Of a stretch of DNA of 64,000 nucleotides, positions 25,590 through 36,949 are shown piece by piece. This DNA comes from Mobula hypostoma (lineage: Eukaryota): contig NC_086099.1 in NCBI RefSeq assembly GCF_963921235.1, positions 75,020,001 to 75,084,000 of the forward strand, in the 5' to 3' direction. The position numbers and the translations under genes were made by a program. Every line of letters starts with the position of its first letter. Position 1 is the first letter of the stretch. The notes beneath the pieces were generated by a model. The model worked only from the letters and a program-made list of their open reading frames with translations. It made no database searches and was not told the DNA's origin.

Positions 25590-27440
25590 CAATTACTTTC
25601 ATAAAGCATTTGACAAGGTCTCTCATGGGCAGTGAAAAATAGAAGATTAAGGCATCTAAGGTGCTCAGAGACTTGGCAGATAAGATTCAACATTAGCATG
25701 GCTATAGAATACAGAGAGGTGTTATTGTAACTGGAGTTTTGTGATCCATGACGTTCCACAAGGATCATTTCTGGGACCTCTGCGTAGAGATAAATAATTT
25801 GCATGTTAATGTAGAAGGGGCTAATTAGTAATTTTACTGATAATACAAAAAATGGCAAAATTGCAGATAGTGAGGAAGATTGCTAAATGATTCATAAGGT
25901 TATTAATCTATTGGAAATATGGACAAAGAAAAATGGCAGATGAACTTTAATGGACTTTAAGGTAGATGAGTGTGAACTGTTTCGGTTGCCAAAGTAGAAG
26001 GAAAATAAATTACAAGGCATTTAGATGTCAAGATTCAAGATTTCAAGATTTCAAGGTTGTTTAATGTCACAGTATTTCTAACACACACGTGTTAAGGAGA
26101 TCAAAATAGTTGTTACTCCAGATCTGATGCAGCACAAGAGAAAACAAAATAATATATAAAACACAAGAATAAATTAACACAGTAAATATGAATATATGTA
26201 ATAGCTTATATACAAAGATTGATTGCGTGTCCGTAGATAGGAGAGTGACTGATAGGAAATGATAAAGTCGTGGTGGTGGGTATGTGTGGTGATGTGTTGA
26301 AATGTTGATTAGTCTTATTGCTCGGGGAATGTAAATGCTTTTGTGTCTTGTGGTCCTGATATGGCCTGTGTAACCTCCCTGATTGGAGTGGGACTCACGA
26401 GCAAGGTGGAGACCCTGCATGATATTACTGAACTTTTTCTGGCACCTTTCTGTCTATATGTTCTTAATGGCAGGCAGGCTGGTGCAAGTGATGTGTTGGA
26501 CAGTCTTGACTACTCATTGTAGGGCTTTCCTGTCGCTACAGTGCAGCTTACGTACCAAGCAGTGATGCAGCTGGTTAGGATACACTCCACTGTGCATCTA
26601 TAGAAGGCCATGAGTATTAATGTGTATAGTTCAGCTCTCTTCAGCCTCCTCAGAAAGCAGATGCTTTGGTGAGCTTTCTTGACTGGATAGGATGTGTTCT
26701 GGGACCAAGAGAGGATATGTCAGAGGAGCATTAGGGTACAAATCCATAGCTTCCTGAGAGTAGCAATAGAATTAGGTAGAGTTGTAAAGGAGGTGTATTA
26801 CACACTTGCCTTCATCAGAGCGGGTACTGAGTTTAAAAGTTGGCAAGTCATGCTATAGTTGTAAAAACTTTAATTGATATCCATTAAGAGTATTTTGAGC
26901 AGTTTTGGTTGCCACATTATGGGAAAGATGAAGAGGCTTTGGAAAGGGTTCCAAGAAGGTTACTGAGGGAGTTGTCTGGCTTAGAGAGCATTAGCCATAA
27001 GGGGAGATTGGACAAACTTGGATTGTTTTCTCTGGAGCACGAGAGACTGAGGGATAACCCAATAGAAGTATATAATGTTAGGAGTGGCATAGATAGTATA
27101 GATAGTCAGATTTTTTTCCTCAGGATGAAAATATCAAATACTAGACGGCACAGATTTAAGATGAGAAGAGAAAAGCTTAAAAGAGATTTGTGGCACTTTT
27201 CTATATATATATATATACAGAGAATGATAGGTACCTGGAGCCCATTTCCAAATGAAGTAGTGGAAGCAGATACAATAGCAATGTTTAAGAGGCATTTAGA
27301 CAAGTACATGAAAAGACAGGAGTTGGAGAAGGGATTATAGATCATGTGCAGGCAGATGGAATTAACTTAAATTGGCACCATGATTAGCACAAACATCGTG
27401 CATCAGTTGGTCTGTTCTGGTGCTGAACTAGGCAATGTTC
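25590..27440 (+). mobile_element. Old CR1 RT to 3' end, interrupted by Rex1 at ~26025-26720
   Basis: KAFDKVSH, VPQGS, LERVPRR...LGLFSLE (26909-27340). Confidence 0.8.
26025..26720 (-). mobile_element. Rex1/Babar 3' fragment
   Basis: (TCAAGATT)n tail at 26028-26055; IRTTRHKSIYIPRAIRLIN on the minus strand. Confidence 0.75.
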
Positions 27441-27472
27441 TCAGTGAAAGAGAAAAAAATAAGTAGGACTTC

Positions 27473-27521
27473 ACACACAAAGTGCTGGAGGATTTCCAGC
27501 ATCTGCAGAATTTCTTGTGTT
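27473..27521. mobile_element. Minimal (~49-bp) fold-back Penelope-terminus insertion
   Basis: Flanked by AATAAGTAGGACTTC and AATACGTAGAACTTC (27458-27472, 27522-27536); two inverted terminus pieces. Confidence 0.7.
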
Positions 27522-27806
27522 AATACGTAGAACTTCCTGTTTTCCATTCCTTAATTGGAGCATTCAACTCTGAAGGCAACATTCCAGCCAATCAGAATAT
27601 GCACAGATAATTGCTAAGCATGTTTTTTTCAATGAATTTGCATTACTTTCAGTAAGCAAATACTTCACACGCCCCAAGTCATTGTCCATTCAGAGTGTCA
27701 GCATTATCTGGTAAACACTCAATTTATAACCATGTTCCCTCTCCAGCAGGAGCGAAACCTGGGAGAGACAACTGGTTCTGGGATGGTCATTGAATGTTCT
27801 CTCTTT

Positions 27807-28912
27807 GGCTACGTCCACACTACGCCGGATAATTTTAAAAATAAAGATTTTTCTCTTCGTTTTGACCCTCCGTCCACACTGAAACGGCGTTTTCATCTCC
27901 CGAAAACGGAGATTTTTGAAAACACTTTCCAGAGTGTGTAAATTTGAAAATGATTGTTTCGCGTTGTAGTGCGGACGGGATAAATGGAGAGATTTTAAAA
28001 CGTTGTCATGACAACACCACAACAACAATGCTTTTTTTGCTTCTGCTTGGTACTGCGCAAGCACTGCCGGACGGCTGTTAAAATGTGCAGTCGGTGTGAA
28101 CGGCGTGAGAGTTAAATTGTAAAGTGAGCTTTTTTGACTAGATCCCCTAAATTGATTTCATTGAATCTATCTTAAAAAGTATTAATGTCAGAAATACTGT
28201 GCAGGTCTGGCGGCAGAAGATTGCACTCTATTGCTGATCTGGGGTAGAGGACGGCTTCATGCGTGTGTTGTTTACTTTATTGTCTATGTTCTTGGTTCTT
28301 GGTTCTTGATCCTCCAAAATATTCTGCATGGAATTTAAACTGGAGGTGGCAGAGGGTGGCTTAAGAAGGAGATTTTTGAAGAAAAAAAGCTGCCTTAAAT
28401 TTAATTGGGTTTGGTTGTGTGACTGTGTTAGGATTAAGATTATTCCATGCTTTAACGTATATGCTATTTCGTTAATAGCTTGTTTGGAGTTAAACATCTC
28501 CCTTCACTTTCTCCACTGCTTTGCTGACTTGGTAGTCGTTTGTAACTCTTGCAGAAACAGCTCGACTTCATTGTCTGTCTAAAGGAAGAAGTCCGGTCTG
28601 TTTTTCCGGTGGAGGTTTTCTTTGTATTCCTCGAAGACATTTTTGAAAACTTTCTTTCGCTGTTGTTGTAGGTACTCTAGTTTTTGACCAGTGGAAATAG
28701 CACAATGCCGCTGCAGAAATGTAAATATTATACTGTTTCCTCTTTGCTTGTTTTCTGTAGATGTGTCTGCTCATGCCCAGTAGGAGGAGATTCACCTAAA
28801 TATCTATTTTAGTGTGGACAGAGATATTTTGAAAAACGCCTAGTGTGGACGCCTGTTGTTTTTACTTGAAGCTGGCGTTTTCAAAATTATCCGGTCCAGT
28901 GTGGACGTAGCC
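27807..28912. mobile_element. Non-autonomous PIF/Harbinger transposon with a Myb/SANT ORF remnant and an internal LINE fragment
   Basis: TIRs GGCTACGTCCACACTACGCCGGATAATTTT and TTTTCAAAATTATCCGGTCCAGTGTGGACGTAGCC, TTT flanks, subterminal GTCCACAC repeats. Minus-strand FL*TDNEVELFL/RVTNDYQVSKAVEKV at ~28500-28600. Confidence 0.85.
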
Positions 28913-29236
28913 TTTAACATGTCTTTCGATCAACTTTTTGAGAAAATGTTTAGGGCCAGTGCAAAAAACTGCTCAGGCTCAGGCAGGTATCCAACCCCTA
29001 GGACTGTCATCAAATGGAACCCTGTCCTCATATAGGTAGATCCCAAAGATCCAGACTTGGCACTGGGTGGATCCTAATGACTCAAATATGGCATCTCATG
29101 GGTTCTGAAGACCTGGGCCAGATATTATGTGAGGTCTGAGCCTGGCATCAGGTGGTTGTGAAGACCCAAATCAGGCATCGTGCGGATAAAGAATCCTAAT
29201 CAAGCATTAATTGGGCCTCATTGATTGAGGTATTAT

Positions 29237-29472
29237 ATTTCATAACTCCAGAAACTAATTAAAAAGGAAAACACATGAGCCAGGATATGTTTTGGCTACT
29301 TTGTTTTTTCTTTTAGTGAGGCACTTGCATATGACATTGTGTCCTAATGACATATGGCATTCACGTACTTTTACATATAACCTGTAATGAATTATGTGAA
29401 CAAACAAAGAATATTTAATCAAAGAATATGTGTACAATAATACTCATAGATTACTGAAATATTAAATATATT
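29237..29472 (-). repeat. Solo LTR related to the LTRs of Gypsy C
   Basis: Shares TAACTCCAGAAACTAATT with 17984-18001 and AATGACATATG(G/C)CATTCA...TGAAATATT with 13930-14050. Confidence 0.8.
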
Positions 29473-29607
29473 GGAAGAGGTCCAGCTTTGGATTGACTCG
29501 AGAGTCTGGCCAGGCAGCAGAAGGAATTCACTGTTTTCAGCTGCACCTTCCAGGGTAACAGGGTAAAACTGGGTGATAAAGTCTATATAACAAGGAATAA
29601 TGGTTAA

Positions 29608-29765
29608 TACGCACAAAATGCTGAAAAAACTTCATCAGAATCTGGGCCCGAAAATTCAACTGTTTATTTCTCTTCATAGATGCTGTTTGACCTGCAAAGT
29701 TCCTCCAGCATTTTGTGCATGTGTGTTCCTCAAGATTTCCAATAATTGCAGAATATCTTGTGCCT
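29608..29765. mobile_element. Short Penelope-terminus fold-back insertion
   Basis: CACAAAATGCTG head, then plus-strand GGCCCGAAA...GATGCTG...CCTCCAGCATTTTGTG...GCAGAATATCTTGTG. Confidence 0.7.
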
Positions 29766-30579
29766 AATAGTTGTCTTGGGGATTTCTGACCTCAACATTG
29801 TAAAGTTTGTGGGGGATCCGACACCCACATCAATATGTCATACAGATGTGTAAGTCCTGCACCATATGGCATTATCGGCAAATCTACCTTGATAGACAAG
29901 AAAATAATTGTTGTGTCTGCTCTGTCATAATATAAAAATATCAGAGACATTCACAGTATACAGTCAGCATGAAGAGCTCCTTAGTTTAAGGTCACTGCTT
30001 TGCATATGGATCACTACTGTCTAAGTGTTATTGAGAAGACATTACAAGGATATACTCATGGAAAGATTTTGCCAGAGCACAAAGTTTAATCACATTGTTC
30101 TATAAAATGTTTCTGTGGAAGGTCATTGGATTTGTATCATCCAATCTTCCATCTTGACCATTGCTGCACCATTAGTTTAAAGTGGAAAAAAAAACTGTAG
30201 AGTAATTGGCTATTTGAATCAAGTCTCAAATTAACACTTTGATTTGGTGGAGGCAGAGGGGTGGCAAAAGCCATGAGCAGGGAACCAGGTTAGGCATCAA
30301 AATATATTCCTTCTACCAATTTGTCAACTTCTGGAGCAAATTTTGCTTAAATGATGAATGCTTTATTATAAGTGTTCAAAAGTAAAATGGGTATGTTTCT
30401 AATACAAACTTATATAAATATGGACAGAAGCAAGTGGGTTATTTGACAACAACACAGTTGATTTCTGTCATATTCCAAAACTAAATTAACCTGATAGAAA
30501 TTTCCAAGTTTCTTTTCCCATTTGGCCTGTATTTTTAACATCTGGTGTTTTATTTTGTGCCCTTTCGTCCCACCCCACA

Positions 30580-30598
30580 CCACACACACACACACACA
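30580..30598 (+). repeat. (CA)n microsatellite
   Basis: Direct reading. Confidence 0.85.
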
Positions 30599-30965
30599 AT
30601 TATAAAATAGAGTATATGACTGGCCAGTGCAGTAGTAAGATGGGAGAGGATGGAGAATGATTATTAGCTGAAATTCTGTTCCAAAGGATCAAGAGTCTAT
30701 TTAATTTGGCCTTGTTTATTCAATTTTCATGTGTCTATAAATGAAAAACCAAAGAAGAGAGAAGGACTTCATTTTGAAATCTGATGTTGAGTTTCTTATT
30801 CATCACATGCAAAGTAGTTAATTGAAAAAAAAGACTTTCATGGTTGGCAATCAAGCTGCATCTAGAAATTAACATGTTCCATGTTTGAGAAATGCTGCAT
30901 GCTAATCATTTACTCAGTGGCAGCAAACAGACAATTGGAATTGGAATTGATTTATTAATGTCATA

Positions 30966-33817
30966 GAAACATAGAAACATAGAAATAAGGTGCAGGAGTA
31001 GGCCATTTGGCCCTTCGAGCCTGCACCGCCATTTATTATGATCATGGCTGATCATCCAACTCAGAACCCCGCCCCAGCCTTCCCTCCATACCCCCATACC
31101 CCTAACATCGGGAACAATCTTCCTGCATCTAGCCTGTCCAATCCCTTTAGGATCTTATACGTTTCAATCAGATCCCCCCTCAATCTTCTAAATTCCAATG
31201 AGTACAAGCCCAATTCATCCAGTCTTTCTTCATATGAAAGTCCCGCCATCCCAGGAATCAATCTGGTGAACCTTCTTTGTACTCCCTCTATGGCAAAGAT
31301 GTCTTTCCTCAGATTAGGGGACCAAAACTGCACACAATACTCCAGGTGTGGTCTCACCAAGGCCTTGTACAACTGCAGTAGTACGTCCCTGCTCCTGTAC
31401 TCGAATCCTCTGGCTATAAATGCCAGCATACCATTCGGCTTTTTCACCGCCTGCTGTACCTGCATGCCCACTTTCAATGACTGGTGTATAATGACACCCA
31501 GGTCTCGTTGCACCTCCCCTTTTCCTAATTGGCCACCATTCAGATAATAATCTGTTTTCCTATTTTTGCCACCAAAGTGGATAACTTCACATTTATCCAC
31601 ATTAAATTGCATCTGCCATGAATTTGCCCACTCACCCAACCTATCCAAGTCACCCTGCATCCTCTCAGCATCCTCCTCACTGCTAACACTGCCACCCAGC
31701 TTCGTGTCATCTGCAAACTTGGAGATGCTGCATTTAATTCCCTCATCCAAGTCATTAATATATATGGTAAACAACTGGGGTCCCAGCACTGAGCCTTGCG
31801 GTACCCCACTAGTCACCGCCTGCCATTCTGAAAAGGTCCCGTTTATTCCCACTCTTTGCTTCCTGTCTGCTAACCAATTCTCCACCCACACCAATACCTT
31901 ACCCCCAATACTGTGTGCTTTAAGTTTGCACACTAATCTCCTGTGTGGGACCTTGTCAAAAGCCTTTTGAAAATCCAAATATACCACATCCACTGGTTCT
32001 CCCCTATCCACTCTACTAGTTACATCCTCAAAAAATTCTATGAGATTCGTCAGACATGATTTTCCTTTCACAAATCCATGCTGACTTTGTCCGATCATTT
32101 CACCACTTTCCAAATGCGCTGTTATCACATCCTTGATAACTGACTCCAGCAGTTTCCCCACCACCGACGTTAGGCTAACCAGTCTATAATTCCCCGGTTT
32201 CTCTCTCCCTCCTTTTTTAAAAAGTGGGGTTACATTAGCCACCCTCCAATCCTCAGGAACTAGTCCAGAATCTAACGAGTTTTGAAAAATTATCACTAAT
32301 GCATCCACTATTTCTTGGGCTACTTCTTTAAGCACTCTAGGATGCAGACCATCTGGCCCTGGGGATTTATCTGCCTTCAATCCCTTCAACTCACCTAACA
32401 CCACTTCCCTACTAACATGTATTTCGCTCAGTTCCTCCATCTCACTGGACCCTCTGTCCCTTACTATTTCTGGAAGATTTTTTATGTCCTCCTTAGTGAA
32501 GACAGAACCAAAGTAATTATTCAATTGGTCTGCCATGTCCTTGCTCCCCATAATCAATTCACCTATTTCTGTCTGCAGGGGACCTACATTTGTCTTTACC
32601 AGTCTTTTCCTTTTTACATATCTATAAAAGCTTTTACAGTCCGTTTTTATGTTCCCTGCCAGTTTTCTCTCATAATCTTTTTTCCCCTTCCTAATTAAGC
32701 CCTTTGTCCTCCTCTGCTGAACTCTGAATATCTCCCAGTCCTCAGGTAAGCCACTTTCTCTGGCTAATTTGTATGCTTCTTCTTTGGAATTGATACTATC
32801 CCTAATTTCTCTTGTCAGCCACGGGTGCACTACCTTCCTTAATTTATTCTTTTGCCAAACTGGGATGAACAATTGTTGTAGTTCATCCATGCAACCTTTA
32901 AATGCTTGCCATTGCATATCCACCGTCAATCCTTTAAGTGTCATTTGCCAGTCTATCTTAGCTAATTCACGTCTCATACCTTCAAAGTTACCCCTCTTTA
33001 AGTTCAGAACCTTTGTTTCTGAATTAACTATGTCACTCTCCACCTTAATGAAGAATTCCACCATATTATGGTCACTCTTACCCAAGGGGCCTCTCACGAC
33101 AAGATCGCTAATTAACCCTTCCTCATTGCTCAAAACCCAGTCCAGAATAGCCTGCTCTCTAGTTGGTTCCTCGACATGTTGGTTCAAAAAACCATCCCGC
33201 ATACATTCCAAGAAATCCTCTTCCTCAGCACCTTTACCAATTTGGTTCACCCAGTCTACATGTAGATTGAAGTCACCCATTATAACTGCTGTTCCTTCAT
33301 TGCACACATTTCTAATTTCCTGTTTAATACCATCTCCGACCTCACCACTACTGTTAGGTGGCCTGTACACAACTCCCACCAGCGTCTTCTGCCCCTTAGT
33401 GTTACGCAGCTCTACCCATATCGATTCCACATCTTCCTGCCTTATGTCCTTCCTTTCTGTTGCATTAATCTCTTCTTTAACCAGCAACGCCACCCCACCT
33501 CCCCTTCCTTCATGTCTATCCCTCCTGAATATTGAATATCCCTGAACGTTGAGCTCCCATCCCTGGTCACCCTGGAGCCATGTCTCTGTAATCCCAACTA
33601 TATCATAATCATTAATAACAATCTGCACTTTCAATTCATCCACCTTATTACGAATGTTCCTTGCATTGACACATAAAGACTTCAGGCGCTCTTTTACAAC
33701 TCTCTTAGCCCTTATACAATTATGTTGGAAAGTGGCCCTTTTTAATGCTTGCCCTGGATTTGTCGGCTTGCCACTTTTACTTTTCTCCTATATCTAGGAT
33801 ATATCCTATATCCTGAG
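30966..33817 (-). mobile_element. Young 5'-truncated CR1 LINE
   Basis: Long open ORF2, (TTTCTATG)n tail at ~30962-30984, candidate TSD GTCATA at 30960-30965 and 33818-33823. Confidence 0.95.
31061..33643 (-). CDS. CR1 ORF2: APE endonuclease plus reverse transcriptase, 860 aa open, C-terminal segment deleted
   Basis: GITETW, GVVYRPP, MGDFN and SDH (endonuclease); [30 protein letters not shown] and FADD (RT). Confidence 0.93.
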   Translation of the reverse strand: MDELKVQIVINDYDIVGITETWLQGDQGWELNVQGYSIFRRDRHEGRGGGVALLVKEEINATERKDIRQEDVESIWVELRNTKGQKTLVGVVYRPPNSSGEVGDGIKQEIRNVCNEGTAVIMGDFNLHVDWVNQIGKGAEEEDFLECMRDGFLNQHVEEPTREQAILDWVLSNEEGLISDLVVRGPLGKSDHNMVEFFIKVESDIVNSETKVLNLKRGNFEGMRRELAKIDWQMTLKGLTVDMQWQAFKGCMDELQQLFIPVWQKNKLRKVVHPWLTREIRDSINSKEEAYKLARESGLPEDWEIFRVQQRRTKGLIRKGKKDYERKLAGNIKTDCKSFYRYVKRKRLVKTNVGPLQTEIGELIMGSKDMADQLNNYFGSVFTKEDIKNLPEIVRDRGSSEMEELSEIHVSREVVLGELKGLKADKSPGPDGLHPRVLKEVAQEIVDALVIIFQNSLDSGLVPEDWRVANVTPLFKKGGREKPGNYRLVSLTSVVGKLLESVIKDVITAHLESGEMIGQSQHGFVKGKSCLTNLIEFFEDVTSRVDRGEPVDVVYLDFQKAFDKVPHRRLVCKLKAHSIGGKVLVWVENWLADRKQRVGINGTFSEWQAVTSGVPQGSVLGPQLFTIYINDLDEGIKCSISKFADDTKLGGSVSSEEDAERMQGDLDRLGEWANSWQMQFNVDKCEVIHFGGKNRKTDYYLNGGQLGKGEVQRDLGVIIHQSLKVGMQVQQAVKKPNGMLAFIARGFEYRSRDVLLQLYKALVRPHLEYCVQFWSPNLRKDIFAIEGVQRRFTRLIPGMAGLSYEERLDELGLYSLEFRRLRGDLIETYKILKGLDRLDAGRLFPMLGVWGYGGKAGAGF

Positions 33818-35105
33818 GTCATATGTACCTCAGTACAATGAAAACCTTGTCTTGCATATTATTCATTACAGAGTACATTGAGGTTGTACAAGTTACATTA
33901 ACAACATAACTCAGATTAAAGTGTAAGAGCTACAGTGAGCTGGTAGACAATAAGCTTCACGTTCATAATGAGGCAGATTGTGAAGTCAGGAGTCCATTTT
34001 ATCAGACTGGGGAACAAATTAATAAAAGTCTTATAACAACAGGGTAGAAGCTAACCTTGAGCCTACTTGTACATATTCAAAGTTCAAAAGATTATAGCAA
34101 ATTTTATTATTCATGTACATGTATGTCATAATATATAACCCTGAGATTCATTTCCCTGCAGTCATACTCAGCAATTCTATAGAATAATAACTATAACAGG
34201 ATCAATGAAAGATCAACTATAGTGCAGAAGACAACAAACTGTGCAAATGCAAATATAAATAAATAGCAATAAATAACAAGAACATGAGAAAACAAGATAA
34301 AGCACCCTTAAACTGAGATCATTGATGGTGGGGGCATTTCAATGAATGGACAAGCGAGTATAGTTATCCCCTTTATTCAAGAGCCAGATGGTTGTAGGTT
34401 AATAACTTTTCTTGAACCTTGTGGTGTGAGTCCTGAGGATCTTGTACCTTCTAATTGATGGCAGAAGTGAGAAAATAGGATCTCTGATGATTGATGCTGC
34501 TTTCCTACGACAGTGTTTCATGTAGATGTGTTCAATGGTTGGGAGAGCTTTACTGATGGTGTACTGAGCCGAATACACTACCTTTGTAGGATTTTCTATT
34601 CAAAGGCATTGGTGTTTCTAGACCAGGCCATGACACAGTCAGTCAATAAGGGGTAGACAATTTAGAACGGAATTGAGAAAAAACTTTTTCACACAGAGAG
34701 TTGTGGTTTTGTGGAATGCTCTGCCTCAGAAGGCAGTGGAGGCCAATTCTCTGGATTCTTTCAAGAAAGAGTTAGAGCTCTTAAAGATAGCAGAGTGAAG
34801 GGATATGGGGAGAAGGCAGGAAAAGGGTACTGATTGTGGATGATCAGCCATGATCACAGTGAATGGTGGTGCTGGCTCAAAGGGCTGAATGGCCTACTCC
34901 TGCACCTATTGTCTATTGTCTATTGTCTAATACACTTTCCACTGCACATCTAGAGAAATTTGTCGAAGTTTTAGATGTCATGCCGAATCTTTGCATGTTG
35001 TCAGGCCTTTACATCTTCTACTGAATGAGAGCGGAGAGAAGAGAGGATGTTCGGGGAGGGTGGGATCTTTGGTTATGCTGACTACTTTACTGAGGTAGTG
35101 AGAAC
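33818..35105 (-). mobile_element. Two nested Rex1/Babar-type 3' fragments (tail of the outer one at 30934-30965; inner one 34076-34992)
   Basis: Tails (ATTGGA)n and (TTCAAAG)n; LPSIRRYKILRTHTTRFKKSY-like C-terminus on the minus strand. Confidence 0.65.
34629..34928 (+). mobile_element. CR1 3' fragment
   Basis: FFTQRVVVLWNALPQKAVEA and a (CTATTGT)n tail. Confidence 0.88.
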
Positions 35106-35296
35106 AAACAGAAAACCCAGGTACAGTCCAGCAACTGTAATGCATTCATTGTCACCAGCACCTTTGCCCAAGTAGGATGTAAAAATGATGATGTATTATT
35201 CCATAATATGAAGTCTCCTGTAGAGATGCCGGCAATAAAGGGGTGCAATAGGCATCTGATTTGCACAGCCTAACAGGTTAAACTGCTGACAGATCC

Positions 35297-35810
35297 ACAC
35301 TCAGTGGCAGTTTATTAGGTTCCTTCTGTACCAACAGAGTGGAAACTGAGGGTATGTCAGTGTCCTTCTGCTGCTGCAGCCCAGCCACTTCAAGGTTCAA
35401 TGTGTTGTGCATTCAGAGATGCCCTTCTGCACACCACTGTTGGAAGGCTTGGTTATTTGAGTTATTGTCACATTCATGTCAGATTGAAATGGGTCTGGTC
35501 ATTCTTCTCTGACCTCTCTCATTATCAAGGCATTTTCATCCACAGAACTTCCACAAATTGGATGTCCTTTTGTTTTCTGCACCATCCTCTGTAAGATCTG
35601 GAGACTGCTGTATGTGAAAATCCAAGAAGATCAGCAGTTTTCTGAGATACTCAAACCACCTCATCTGGCACCTTAGGTAGTTCCTCAATCAAGGTCACTG
35701 AGATCACATTTCTTTTTCCCCCATTCCAATATTTAGTCTGAACAACAACTGAACCTGTTGACCATGTCTGCATACTTTTATGCATTGACTTGCTGCCACA
35801 TGATTGGCAC
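35297..35810 (-). mobile_element. Tc1-like transposon remnant
   Basis: TIR-like CACTCAGTGGCAGTTTTATTAGGT; minus-strand paired-domain start MG..(D)LSDLD...GAR...SISE.ADLLGFSHTAVS. Confidence 0.75.
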
Positions 35811-36524
35811 TTAGCCAACCAGAAGCTAAGGGGATTGCGGGGAGGGGGCTAAGAATTATGGGATTTTGGCAAGACTGTGGAATATTGGGCATAAGGGGAG
35901 ACCCCTTTACACTGTTGGATTGATGGAAGAAGGGAGTAAGATAAGAAGAAAGCAAATGCAGGCTGCACTATTATATTTGGGGGTTGATGGTTTTCACTTA
36001 CTAAGTTATGGAAGTGACTTTAATTTAATTCACAATTTTGTCTGTTGTTATTTACAATCTATAGGGGTTTGGGAATAATTTAGTTTTCATTTCATAAAGA
36101 ACTAGTAGGGGTTTTATTTTTCTGACACTCTACACCAGACTTCTTTCCAGTTGGTGGTGGTACTGCACCTTTAAGTTGGACTGCCAACTGCCAACTGCCA
36201 TTAAAAGTCAGAAGAAGAAGAAGAAATTGGAGTTACCTGAAATTTCAGGAGAGAGCTACTATTAGTTGAGGATGATTGTGAATGATTCAGCATTCTCTTT
36301 AAAATTCAGATACTAAGCCCTACCATCATTGAGGATATTCTTGCGAACTCCTTCCTATTATTAACTTCCACTGAAAAGAGGAACTTTTACATTAAATCAT
36401 GAGCTAAATGATTTTTATGTGTGACTTGCGCAACTGCTCCTGTAGTAGCTGAATAACTGCACCTTTTCCTTGTATACATTAACTGTGTCATTTAGATAAA
36501 ACAGGCAAGTTATATTTGTGTAAT

Positions 36525-36800
36525 GCATAAAAAATGCTGGAGGAATTCAACAGGCAGCATCTATTGAAATGAAAAACAGTCAATGTTTTGGACCACGACA
36601 ATCTCAACCCAAAACGTTGACTGTTTATTCACTTTCATAGATGCTGCCTGACCTGCTGAATTCCTCCAGCCTTTTGTGTTTGTTGCTCTAGAATTCGAGC
36701 ATTTACATAATCTCAAACGAGAGAAAATCTGCAGATGCGGAAAGAGTAGAGTTGACATTTCGGGCCGAGACTCTTCAACAGGACAGTCCCGCTGAAGGGA
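36525..36800. mobile_element. Penelope-terminus fold-back cluster
   Basis: Imperfect hairpin 36530-36680 centred near 36600, plus a second inverted terminus at 36715-36785. Confidence 0.75.
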
Positions 36801-36949
36801 CAGTTGCTTATTTAGTCATGCTTGTTAATTTACGTGTACTTTTAAATTTTGTTGCAGATTGTCATCCTTTATGCTTTTGATGAATATTTCCTGGCCATAG
36901 CTCATGCATGAAAATGGTTCCAACTTTAATTCAATTTGCAATAAAAATA

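Noticed and set aside
31038-33545. Plus-strand ORFs of 169, 134 and 258 aa
   Set aside because: Antisense shadows of CR1 ORF2
36236-36371. Candidate minus-strand exon with plausible splice sites
   Set aside because: Stops in all three frames
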